Part shown: positions 10,043-18,950 of the stretch, one piece after another
Numbering within the stretch: the stretch's first letter is position 1
How the letters are laid out: each line of letters starts with the position of its first letter
Assembly (NCBI GenBank): GCA_046758445.1
Contig: JBHIAE010000021.1
Location: 1 to 53,305, forward strand
DNA length: 53,305 bases
Direction of reading: 5' to 3'
DNA from: Candidatus Thorarchaeota archaeon
GTDB lineage: Archaea > Asgardarchaeota > Thorarchaeia > Thorarchaeales > Thorarchaeaceae
The notes under the pieces: model-generated
The model's database searches: none
Told to the model about the DNA's origin: nothing
The model's input: the letters and a program-made list of their open reading frames with translations, nothing else
Translations under genes and position numbers: made by a program

Positions 10043-11644
10043 TCATCCAAAAGCCCACAACATCGTCATCAAGGCTGTGGCCAGAGTCATCAACACGGCA
10101 ACAACAACACCGTAGCGTATGACATCCCCTTCAATGCCAATCTCGTCAATAACTGCAGCTGCATTCTGTATCTTAGCCGGACTCAGCACACTGGCCAAAC
10201 CACCACCCACACCATTCGACGCGGCCACAACCATTGAGTTTGCACCTATGAGAACGCTAGTTTCGTGATGATAGCGTGTGAACATCGCAATGGCAGACGT
10301 TTCAGACCCTGAGATGAATCCTGCCAGAAGCCCGAGAAAGGCTGCAGTCAAAGGATAGGCAGTACCCAATGCGCTCGTCGTGAGTGTGGCCAACAGGTTA
10401 ATCATGTTATTGCTCGAATCAACTGGAAATGCCCATGTCCCGTCAATAGCGGGGAAATAGCCGCTGAAGTTCATGACCTCGGCCATAGCGAAGAATATCG
10501 CTGCCGCCAAGACAGGCCGTGGGGCCCTCCTCATGAACTTTCTGAAGGTGCTTCCAAGGGTCGCTCTATCAGACTTGAAGAAGGGGATTGAAACCAAAGT
10601 AGCGATGAGCATCAAAGTATAGGCCTGCCAGAGCCACTTCGTGCTAATGGGTTTAGGGTAGCTACCGACCTGGACAATGAAGTCCAGTGGGCCGATGAGA
10701 AGCTGCTTCAGAGGGAGATAAAGCGTGACTGCAAGACTTAGAATCACAAGAATCAACCATGGCATGCTTGCCCTTCTGAGACTCATGTTCTCTTCGACTT
10801 TGAGGTCATCCTCTGTCAAAACACTTCGGTCCAAGAGGGGTTTCTTGAGCACCTTCAAGTAGGCTAGCAGAACGAAGATAACAGCTGCACCGGCAAAGAC
10901 ATTCGTCAGAATCGTCTGATCGACGATGGAGAGGTTAGAGAGAATCGCGATTACCCCGGCAGTGATACCAGAGAGAATCGCAAGAAATAGTCCCTCTCTC
11001 TGAAACAGGAGCTTGCGCCCGCCAGCTATCCAAAGCATCGAGATTGCAATTCCAGTTGTGATGACTGGCATGAACCACGCGAAGGTAAGACTTGACTCCC
11101 AGAGCGGCACAGAACTTCCGGACACTGCATTGAACTCGGTGTTGAATACCTGTGCTGGGACACCCAGAAGAGCGAATGTTGTCAATGGATCGTATCCAAT
11201 CGCAGGAAGAGCCACTGCAACCAGGGGCGAAAAACCCAGCGCCAGCATCACAGGCGGTAGCATCGATACTGGAGTGGCTCCGATTCCGACAAGGAAAAGT
11301 CCTAGGCCTAGGCTGATCAGCATGATTTGCATTGGCCGGCTTCCGCCACCCAGTGTCTTGAAGAACACAATTAATCGTTGCAGGGCACCAGTTTCTTGCA
11401 TCCAAGTCATCATTAGAATCGATGTGGCCACCATTAGAGAGATAGGAAACGACTTGACAATTCCTGCGATACTTGCGGTCAATGCAACGCCTATGTCAGT
11501 CTGAAAGGCAGCGACAGCAGCAACGAGTGTTACCACCCAGACAACAACTCCTGTGACATCAGCGGCCCTCTTCAGGAAGACTAGCATGACAAACGCAAGG
11601 ATGATTGGGAGTATGATCAGTACGAAACCGAGGACTGGTTCCAT
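10043..11644 (-). CDS. L-lactate permease (LctP family)
   Basis: Polytopic membrane protein with GFISGSETSAIAMF and GGLASVLSPAKIQNAAA motifs. Confidence 0.85.
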   Translation of the reverse strand: MEPVLGFVLIILPIILAFVMLVFLKRAADVTGVVVWVVTLVAAVAAFQTDIGVALTASIAGIVKSFPISLMVATSILMMTWMQETGALQRLIVFFKTLGGGSRPMQIMLISLGLGLFLVGIGATPVSMLPPVMLALGFSPLVAVALPAIGYDPLTTFALLGVPAQVFNTEFNAVSGSSVPLWESSLTFAWFMPVITTGIAISMLWIAGGRKLLFQREGLFLAILSGITAGVIAILSNLSIVDQTILTNVFAGAAVIFVLLAYLKVLKKPLLDRSVLTEDDLKVEENMSLRRASMPWLILVILSLAVTLYLPLKQLLIGPLDFIVQVGSYPKPISTKWLWQAYTLMLIATLVSIPFFKSDRATLGSTFRKFMRRAPRPVLAAAIFFAMAEVMNFSGYFPAIDGTWAFPVDSSNNMINLLATLTTSALGTAYPLTAAFLGLLAGFISGSETSAIAMFTRYHHETSVLIGANSMVVAASNGVGGGLASVLSPAKIQNAAAVIDEIGIEGDVIRYGVVVAVLMTLATALMTMLWAFG

Positions 11645-11650
11645 CTACGG

Positions 11651-12655
11651 TCACTCCTTGGTCAAATACCCATTGTCGAGCCACCAATCCATGGCTCGTT
11701 TCAAAGCCTGCTCTATTGTCATTGATGGAGTCCATCCAAGCATTCGTTTGGCCTTCTTGTTGGTATACCATCGGTCTTCGCTCATGAAATCCACATTCCC
11801 CAGGTGCCAGAAGAACGAACTCTGTTTCCGGTTCTTAATCGGACTTAGAACTGCCATACCAACCTTCGTAAGGACGGCCGGGACACGTAGTCCTGGCGGT
11901 GTGCTTCCAAGATGAGAGCCGACCAGATCCACAAACTCGGCCCATGTCATCGGTTCGTCAGGGCAAAGGATGATTGTGCTATTGAGAGCCGCCTGCAATC
12001 CCAGAGCCGCACAGAATGCCGCTGCGACGTCATCTACATGACTCCACATGAATCTCCCGGACATATCCCTCGGCAGGGCTGGAATGCCTTCGTGTACTGC
12101 CCTAACTATGTCGTACATCGCATACAAATCACCCTCGCCAGTGACACCGGTAGGACGCAGAATGATATGGGGTAAATCTGTTTCAGATGTGATTTCCCGA
12201 ATCGCGATTTCGGCAGCCACCTTGCTTTCGGCATATCTGAATGCAGGCCGGAGCTCAGTATCCTCGTTCCCAGGGGGGTACTTCACTGCTCCTATCGTTT
12301 CTGTGGTAGAGCAATAGATGAATCGTTCAACAGAGGTCCCTACACATGCTCTCATCATGTTCTGAGGACCCTCCGTGTTCACACGATACATTAGCTCTTC
12401 ATCGCTGGGGAAGAAGTCGAAGTATGTCGCTAGATGGACGACCACAGCTTGGCTCTCAGTGGCAGGTTGGAGAGAGGCTATGTCGAGCACGTCTCCCTCC
12501 ACGAATCGAATTGACTCAGGAAGACCACTGGTGTTGCTAGTAGGACGAACCAACGCAGTCACTTCATGCCCTGCTTTCACAAACTCACTCGCCAGTTTGC
12601 GCCCAATAAAGCCGGATGCTCCTGTAAGCAGGACTCTCACCTGCACTCTCCTCAT
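11651..12655 (-). CDS. NAD-dependent epimerase/dehydratase (extended SDR)
   Basis: TGASGFIG, YAESK (YxxxK), ILRP, HVDDVA. Confidence 0.9.
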   Translation of the reverse strand: MRRVQVRVLLTGASGFIGRKLASEFVKAGHEVTALVRPTSNTSGLPESIRFVEGDVLDIASLQPATESQAVVVHLATYFDFFPSDEELMYRVNTEGPQNMMRACVGTSVERFIYCSTTETIGAVKYPPGNEDTELRPAFRYAESKVAAEIAIREITSETDLPHIILRPTGVTGEGDLYAMYDIVRAVHEGIPALPRDMSGRFMWSHVDDVAAAFCAALGLQAALNSTIILCPDEPMTWAEFVDLVGSHLGSTPPGLRVPAVLTKVGMAVLSPIKNRKQSSFFWHLGNVDFMSEDRWYTNKKAKRMLGWTPSMTIEQALKRAMDWWLDNGYLTKE

Positions 12656-12713
12656 TCATGGGACCCGCTGAAGCCGGCATTTATCTGTTCCCCAATGGCG
12701 GGGAAGATTCTCT

Positions 12714-13442
12714 CTACAGAAGAGAGTCAATTTGCGGAAGTGTTATCCCGGCCTTACCCGACAGATGTATGTCAACAATTCGTGACAGTGGAGTTTCTTC
12801 TACGTTAAACTCCAGAATCTTTCCTCCATTCTGTTCCACGATCAAAGGAAAAGACGCGGCAGGCTGCACAAGCGCCGATGTTCCAATCACCAAGCAGACA
12901 TCCGCGCGTTCGAGTTCTGCATAGACACTCGCCATTACATCACCGTCAAGACTCTCGCCGAACCATACGACATCCGGTCGTAGTCTACTTCCGCACTCAG
13001 GGCACTTCGGAACTCCATCGGCTGGTGCGTCAAGTTTGCTATGGTGTGAGCACTCTGTACACTTTGTCGCCCAAAGGTCTCCATGGACCTCCAGTACCTT
13101 CGCAGACCCCGCTCTCCTGTGAAGGCCATCAACATTCTGTGTAATCACGTGATTGAGAATCCCCCTTTCCTCCCATTTTGCCAACGTTGAGTGAGCAGGA
13201 TTTGGAGTGCACTCAGCAATAAGTCCCTGCCTCCACGAGTACCACTCCCAGACAAGCTTGGGATTACGTGAAAAAGCAGATGGCGTTGCCAACTCCATGG
13301 CATTGTAGCTCTTCCACAAACCGTCCTCCCCTCTGAATGTCGGGACGTTTGACTCCTTTGATATTCCAGCACCGGTCAATGCAATCAGATATTCAGACCC
13401 AGAAACGATTTGGGCAATTTGAGAGAGGGTTTCAGGGTCCAA
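12714..13442 (-). CDS. cobB: NAD-dependent protein deacylase (class III sirtuin)
   Basis: GAGISKES..PTFRG, TQNVDGLH, HG, CxxC...CxxC, RPDVVWFGE, GTS. Has the YxxR motif (WYSWR) of desuccinylases. Confidence 0.95.
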   Translation of the reverse strand: MDPETLSQIAQIVSGSEYLIALTGAGISKESNVPTFRGEDGLWKSYNAMELATPSAFSRNPKLVWEWYSWRQGLIAECTPNPAHSTLAKWEERGILNHVITQNVDGLHRRAGSAKVLEVHGDLWATKCTECSHHSKLDAPADGVPKCPECGSRLRPDVVWFGESLDGDVMASVYAELERADVCLVIGTSALVQPAASFPLIVEQNGGKILEFNVEETPLSRIVDIHLSGKAGITLPQIDSLL

Positions 13443-13601
13443 TCTTTAGCACCTGCGGGCATCCAAGCCCGTAACCTCTTAACTCGTTCTATGCATCTGT
13501 TGGACACTTATGACCACGAGTTTGGTGCCAGGGGCAACATGCTTATTAGGCGATTCTCTTCACTATTGTGAATGAGCTATTGCGAACGAGGGGTCCTTTG
13601 A

Positions 13602-14057
13602 ATGTCAGAAAGTAAGCCGAAGCAGCGAAAGGTTAGGAAGTGGTTGATGCCTCAGGAAGTAGAAGTGTGGTACGTGCTTCCGGCGATCAGAAGAGAGCTC
13701 GCCAAACAGATGAAGTTTGAGAGGGGCCTGGCGCAGAAGAATATCGCAAGAATGCTAGGAGTCACCGAACCTGCCGTGACTCAATACATGCTTGACAAGA
13801 AGACCAAGCCCAAGAGGTCAAGAGGAGATCAAGTGAAGATACCTGAGAGTCTCAAACCTGAGATTCTCAAGGCTGCAGATGCTATCATAGATGCTTGGAG
13901 CAGAGGCAAAGTCACCGACCGTTCCTATGAAACTACAACAAGAGAAATAAACCGGCTGATCACGGTCCTCAGAGACGCTGGCGTCCTGTGTGACATCCAT
14001 CGCGAGCATTGCGAAGGTGTGCATCAGGACTGCGACGCATGCGACAAGGGAGCATAA
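13602..14057 (+). CDS. archaeal HTH transcriptional regulator with Cys-rich C-terminus
   Basis: MPQEVEVWYVLPAIRRELA...QKNIARMLGVTEPAVTQY; ends in CDIH..HC....CDAC. First gene of the HTH-iscS-iscU unit. Confidence 0.8.
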   Translation: MSESKPKQRKVRKWLMPQEVEVWYVLPAIRRELAKQMKFERGLAQKNIARMLGVTEPAVTQYMLDKKTKPKRSRGDQVKIPESLKPEILKAADAIIDAWSRGKVTDRSYETTTREINRLITVLRDAGVLCDIHREHCEGVHQDCDACDKGA

Positions 14058-14061
14058 TGGT

Positions 14062-15276
14062 TTGGCTTACTTTGACAATGCTAATTCAACTCAAGTAGAC
14101 GAACGCGTGATAGAGGCAATGCTTCCATACTTCAGGGAGCATTTTGGTACAGCAGGTCTCTCACTCAGTCATTCCAGAGATGTTGCGGCACTTACGGGAC
14201 TTGAGAATGCTAGAAAGACAATCGCGGACTCCCTGAACGCCGATCCTCGAGCCATTGTCTTCACGTCAGGAGCCACAGAATCAAACAACCTTGCAATTCG
14301 AGGTACTGCCCTGGCGAACAAGAAGAGAGGGCGTCACATCATCACGACACCCATCGAAACACAGTCTGTCCTGGCATCATGCCGCAGACTTGCTGATGCT
14401 GGGTATGAGATTTCTTACCTCAACGTGGATGAAAACGGTCTGATTAGTATCGACGAACTGCGCGAGAGCATAAGAGATGACACAAGCCTGATTTCTGTGC
14501 AGCATGCAAATGGTGAGATAGGAACCATTCAACCGATTGAAGAGGTTGCGAGAATATCCTCAGAACGAGACATTATGTTCCATACCGACGCCACTCATAC
14601 CTACATGAGAGTCCCCATTGATACTGAAACGATCCCTGCAAACCTGATCACAATTGACGGACATCACATTCACGGTCCGAAGGGAGTAGGAGCGCTATTC
14701 ATTAGGCGCAAGACTAGAATTGTGAGAGTAATGGAAGGCGGGGACGAGGAACGACGGCTTAGGCCTGGAGTCGAGAACATCCCGGCAGCCGTTGGGTTTG
14801 CAAGAGCTGTAGAGCTCTGCGAATCTAAAGAGAGCGCGTATCTGGAGTCTCTCAGGAAACACATGGAGAAGAGAATAACAGAGAAACTGACCGACTTTCG
14901 GCTAACCGGACATCCAGAGCAGAGAGTCCCGCACATATTCAGTATGGTAATAGAGCAGATAGAGGGAGAGGCCATTCTAGTCCATCTAGACATGGAGGGG
15001 TATGCTGTTTCCACTGGGTCGGCATGCTCCTCAAAGACACTTGTGGGGAGTCATGTTCTCAAGGCCATCGGCCTGCCACCTGAAATCTCCCATGGTTCAG
15101 TGAGGGCGTCATTTTCTCGATTTAACACGACAGAGGAGATCGACAACTTTGTTGAAACTCTGCTACCCGTTGTTGAGAAGCTAAGAGAGTTTAGTCCATT
15201 GCGTGGAGGCAACTATAAGACATTCATGTCGGGCGATCATGACCATGATCACGAGGCCCCGGAGGATGAGTGGTGA
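14062..15276 (+). CDS. iscS: cysteine desulfurase (IscS/NifS)-like protein lacking the PLP lysine
   Basis: YFDNA, FTSGATESNN, ANGEIGTIQP, HTDA, STGSACSS. The canonical GHK reads GHH. Start taken as TTG 14062, just after the regulator stop. Confidence 0.9.
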   Translation: MAYFDNANSTQVDERVIEAMLPYFREHFGTAGLSLSHSRDVAALTGLENARKTIADSLNADPRAIVFTSGATESNNLAIRGTALANKKRGRHIITTPIETQSVLASCRRLADAGYEISYLNVDENGLISIDELRESIRDDTSLISVQHANGEIGTIQPIEEVARISSERDIMFHTDATHTYMRVPIDTETIPANLITIDGHHIHGPKGVGALFIRRKTRIVRVMEGGDEERRLRPGVENIPAAVGFARAVELCESKESAYLESLRKHMEKRITEKLTDFRLTGHPEQRVPHIFSMVIEQIEGEAILVHLDMEGYAVSTGSACSSKTLVGSHVLKAIGLPPEISHGSVRASFSRFNTTEEIDNFVETLLPVVEKLREFSPLRGGNYKTFMSGDHDHDHEAPEDEW

Positions 15277-15333
15277 GAGCCTTATTGGAACAGTTTAAAT
15301 CATGAACGAAAAGCGAGCAGTGAGGCAACGTGG

Positions 15334-15699
15334 ATGTATAACGACAAAGTGATGGAGCAATTCAAGAATCCTCAGAACATGGGGAAGATCGAGAACCCTG
15401 ATGGTGTGGGTACCGTTGGCAACCCTGTCTGCGGGGACCTCATGAGAGTTTACATCAAGGTCGAGAACGACATCTTGGTCGATATCAAGGTGGAAACGTT
15501 TGGATGCGTTGCTGCAATAGCTACTTCTTCGATGACGACTCAGATGGCGATAGGAAAGACCATCGACGAAGCAAAGCAGATGACGAGACAGCAGGTTGCA
15601 GATGCCCTGGAAGGTCTGCCGCCGCAGAAGATACATTGTAGTACCTTAGCTGTCGATGGCCTGCGTAAGGCCATTGAGGATTACGAGGCACGACACTAG
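15334..15699 (+). CDS. iscU: Fe-S cluster scaffold IscU/NifU-N
   Basis: GNPVCGD, FGCVAAIATSS, LPPQKIHCS; all three Cys present. Confidence 0.95.
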   Translation: MYNDKVMEQFKNPQNMGKIENPDGVGTVGNPVCGDLMRVYIKVENDILVDIKVETFGCVAAIATSSMTTQMAIGKTIDEAKQMTRQQVADALEGLPPQKIHCSTLAVDGLRKAIEDYEARH

Positions 15700-15853
15700 G
15701 ATCAAGGATCACTTTTGAAAAGGGTCCAAGCATTCAGTCAGTGTCAAGTGACCTAATGCGTATTCATCGGGCGGTTAGGCGCTAAGTCTTGTGCGAAAGC
15801 CTATATTCTGGAAGGCTGAAGAAGAATCATTCTAAACTCGGTCGTGTGTGTGA

Positions 15854-16585
15854 ATGGAAGGAGAAATCATAGTAACCAGAACTGACCCAATCGCGACAGT
15901 AACAATCTCCAGACCGAAGAAGCTGAACTCAGTGACGTACGAGATGCTCATTTCTTTTGACGAGCAGGTTGGGTTGCTGACGAACGACCCCGAGATTGCG
16001 GGAATCATATTCACTGGAGTGGGGGAAAAAGCTTTCACCGCAGGCTTCGATCTTGAGATGATGATGGGTCTGAAAGGGCAGGGTAAATCTGACTTCTTCA
16101 AGCTACTTGAACGGTCGATGAAGAAGGTAAAGGAAGCTAGTGCCTGCGTCACTCTGGCCGCTATCAATGGGTATGCGATAGGGTTTGGTGCGATGGTAGC
16201 CGTGGCATGTGATTTCAGGTTCTTCTCATCTAATGCTTCATTTCGATTTCCTGAGGTCGAACTTGGCGTTTTTCCAGGCGCCGGAGCATCATCGAATCTC
16301 TTGCACTTGGTTGGGCCTTCAAGAGCAAAGGATATCCTCCTCTCTACAAGGACTGTCCCTGCTCAGGAAGCTCTGGAGATTGGTCTTGCTGACAGAATCT
16401 ACGAGCACAAGGAGTTGCTAGACAAGGCCATGGACTACTTGAAGTCCCTGACTGAGAAAGACCGCAAGATTCTGCTCCGAACCAAGACTCTTGTAGATGG
16501 CATGACTGGGAAGACAGTTTTCGGTGCCGCTGAGATGGAAACTGCCTTTTCAGACGAATGGCTGCTAGAGATCAAAGATGAATAG
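15854..16585 (+). CDS. enoyl-CoA hydratase/isomerase (crotonase family)
   Basis: RPKKLN, AFTAGFDL, AAINGYAIG, FPEVELGVFPG. Confidence 0.9.
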   Translation: MEGEIIVTRTDPIATVTISRPKKLNSVTYEMLISFDEQVGLLTNDPEIAGIIFTGVGEKAFTAGFDLEMMMGLKGQGKSDFFKLLERSMKKVKEASACVTLAAINGYAIGFGAMVAVACDFRFFSSNASFRFPEVELGVFPGAGASSNLLHLVGPSRAKDILLSTRTVPAQEALEIGLADRIYEHKELLDKAMDYLKSLTEKDRKILLRTKTLVDGMTGKTVFGAAEMETAFSDEWLLEIKDE

Positions 16586-16711
16586 ATGTGAACCCGAGCG
16601 ATGCAGTGAATTATAGGAAACCAGTCTGGTCTGCGTCACAGTACATCAATTGATTCAACCATTCTGGTTTATTAGGAATAGTGTCCCTCATGTGACCTCC
16701 ACTTATTCAGG

Positions 16712-17704
16712 ATGATAGCAATGACAAGGAAGGCCGTTGTGGCAATCGGCGGGAACTCACTGATAAAGGACAAGAACAGGAAGACGGTGCCTGACCAATA
16801 CGCAGCAACCGCAGAGACCTGCAAGCACATCGCAGACATGATTGAGGAAGGGTGGGATATTGTCATCACCTCTGGGAATGGTCCCCAAGTGGGATTCATC
16901 CTACGCAGGTCGGAATTGGCCCTACACGAACTGCACCCTGTGCCCCTCGACTACTGTGGTGCAGACACGCAAGGTGCAATTGGGTATATGATCCAACGAG
17001 CTCTGTACAACGAGTTTCGCAAACGTAGAATGACAAAACATGTCGCCAGCCTCGTGACACAGGTCAGAGTCGACAGTGACGACCCTGCATTTCAGAAACC
17101 CGCAAAACCAATTGGCTCGTTCATGGATGAGAAGACATCTAAGCAACGGGCGAAGGATGAAGACTGGCAGATTAAAGAGAACTCAGGTCGGGGTTGGCGG
17201 AGAGTAGTAGCTTCCCCGATTCCACGCGAAATAGTAGAATTACCAGCGATAAGGAATCTAACCGAAGACGGCATCATTGTATATGCAGTCGGCGGCGGAG
17301 GCATTCCTGTTGTTGCGGATAAGGACGGAAACCTTCAAGGTGTTGCAGCCGTCATAGACAAGGATCGAGCTTCAAGCCTTCTGGCTACGGGTCTTGGTGC
17401 TGATTTGCTACTGATTTCTACAGCCGTAGAGAAAGCCTACCTGAACTTCGGGAAAGAAGACGAACATGCAATAGACAGAATGGATCACATCAAGGCTCAG
17501 CAATACATTGAGGAAGGTCATTTCGCTCCTGGAAGCATGCTGCCCAAGATTGAAGCATGCATAGACTTTGTACAGAAAGGCGATGAGGGTGCAATGGCAA
17601 TCATAACCGATCCGCCGAACATCACCAGGGCTCTTCGCGGTGAAACAGGTACTCGAATAGTCAAGGGTCACCCAGTACCACCACCACCTCCAGTAAGACG
17701 GTGA
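16712..17704 (+). CDS. arcC: carbamate kinase
   Basis: AIGGNSL, GNGPQVG, KPIG, RGWRRVVASP, GGGGIPV, AVIDKD, GSMLPK. Confidence 0.95.
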   Translation: MIAMTRKAVVAIGGNSLIKDKNRKTVPDQYAATAETCKHIADMIEEGWDIVITSGNGPQVGFILRRSELALHELHPVPLDYCGADTQGAIGYMIQRALYNEFRKRRMTKHVASLVTQVRVDSDDPAFQKPAKPIGSFMDEKTSKQRAKDEDWQIKENSGRGWRRVVASPIPREIVELPAIRNLTEDGIIVYAVGGGGIPVVADKDGNLQGVAAVIDKDRASSLLATGLGADLLLISTAVEKAYLNFGKEDEHAIDRMDHIKAQQYIEEGHFAPGSMLPKIEACIDFVQKGDEGAMAIITDPPNITRALRGETGTRIVKGHPVPPPPPVRR

Positions 17705-17755
17705 ATGCACCGCTAGATTAATCGCTAGGGTTTCCCCCATGACTCAAGATTTGAA

Positions 17756-18136
17756 ATGAGTCGAGAAATCGTATCAACAGACAAAGCACCCCAAGCCATA
17801 GGACCCTACTCGCAAGGAATCAAGGCTGGCGGATTGGTATTCTGCTCCGGTCAGATTCCTTCCAATCCCGATACTGGGGAATTAGTCCTTGGATCCATCA
17901 CTGAGCAGACTCATCAGGTGCTAAGCAATCTCAAATCTGTCCTAAAGGCAGCTGGAACCTCCTTGGGCCAGGTCGTGAAAGTCACTGTGTTTCTTAAGGA
18001 TATGGATGAATTCGGCGAAATGAACTCTGAATATGCCAAGTGGTTCCCAGAAGAGCCACCGGCCAGAGCTGCTGTTCAAGTGGCAAGGCTCCCGAAGGAT
18101 GTGGGTATAGAGATTGAGGCCATAGCGTTACTCTAA
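17756..18136 (+). CDS. ridA: RidA / YjgF family enamine deaminase
   Basis: [33 protein letters not shown]. Confidence 0.95.
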   Translation: MSREIVSTDKAPQAIGPYSQGIKAGGLVFCSGQIPSNPDTGELVLGSITEQTHQVLSNLKSVLKAAGTSLGQVVKVTVFLKDMDEFGEMNSEYAKWFPEEPPARAAVQVARLPKDVGIEIEAIALL

Positions 18137-18234
18137 AAAGTGCTAAGAGAACAAACCTTTTCTGCACATATCTGAGGACGCCTGACAGGGGTTGAAAGCG
18201 CAGAGTTGTACGAACACAGCAAGGGGGTAGGACC

Positions 18235-18864
18235 TTGACGGAGAGTGCCAAGCTTGACGGGATTTGCCGAATTCTCAATCAAGCTGAACACCTCATGAAG
18301 AAGTCACGGTATGGAGAGGCTGTTCTGGCACTTGAACAGGGACTTACCTTGGATCCCAACAACAAGGATTTGTTGGAGCAGCTTGTGAGCTGTAATATCG
18401 AATTGAAGAAACCAAGCAGCGCCCTTCAGGCACTGGATCGGCTTACCAGAATAGAACCTGGAGCATTGACCGCGTGGGCCCACAAGGGCTTCCTTCATCT
18501 ACTCCTCAACCAGAACCAAGAAGGCATCAAGGCAATCACCACAGGCCTTCTTATTGATTCGAAGAACAGCTGGCTATGGCAGCTACTAGGCATGGCATAC
18601 ATGTCTGAGGAACGGTGGGACCTTGCCCTTGAATCACTAGAGAGATCGTTGCTTCTAGACCCGAACTCTGCGGCGACATGGTACAACTGCGCCGTGTGCC
18701 ACTTCTTCCTGGATGATTATGATTCATCTGTACAAGCCGCTGACCAGGCAGTTGCGATAGACTCAATGCTTTCAGAACTCACCGACGAATGGACTGAAGG
18801 TCTTAGAGAAGCGGCGCATATCTTCCGCAATGCCCACGATGATGATTACATGTCTGCCAGCTAG
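18235..18864 (+). CDS. TPR-repeat protein
   Basis: About five 34-aa TPR units (e.g. ALEQGLTLDPNN, SLERSLLLDPNSAATWYN). Confidence 0.85.
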   Translation: MTESAKLDGICRILNQAEHLMKKSRYGEAVLALEQGLTLDPNNKDLLEQLVSCNIELKKPSSALQALDRLTRIEPGALTAWAHKGFLHLLLNQNQEGIKAITTGLLIDSKNSWLWQLLGMAYMSEERWDLALESLERSLLLDPNSAATWYNCAVCHFFLDDYDSSVQAADQAVAIDSMLSELTDEWTEGLREAAHIFRNAHDDDYMSAS

Positions 18865-18950
18865 CTCTTGACTAGACACGCGCTCAGACCATGGATAATT
18901 GACTAGAAAGATGAGCTATCGTCGTTACAACTGATGGTTCTCATTGGTCC

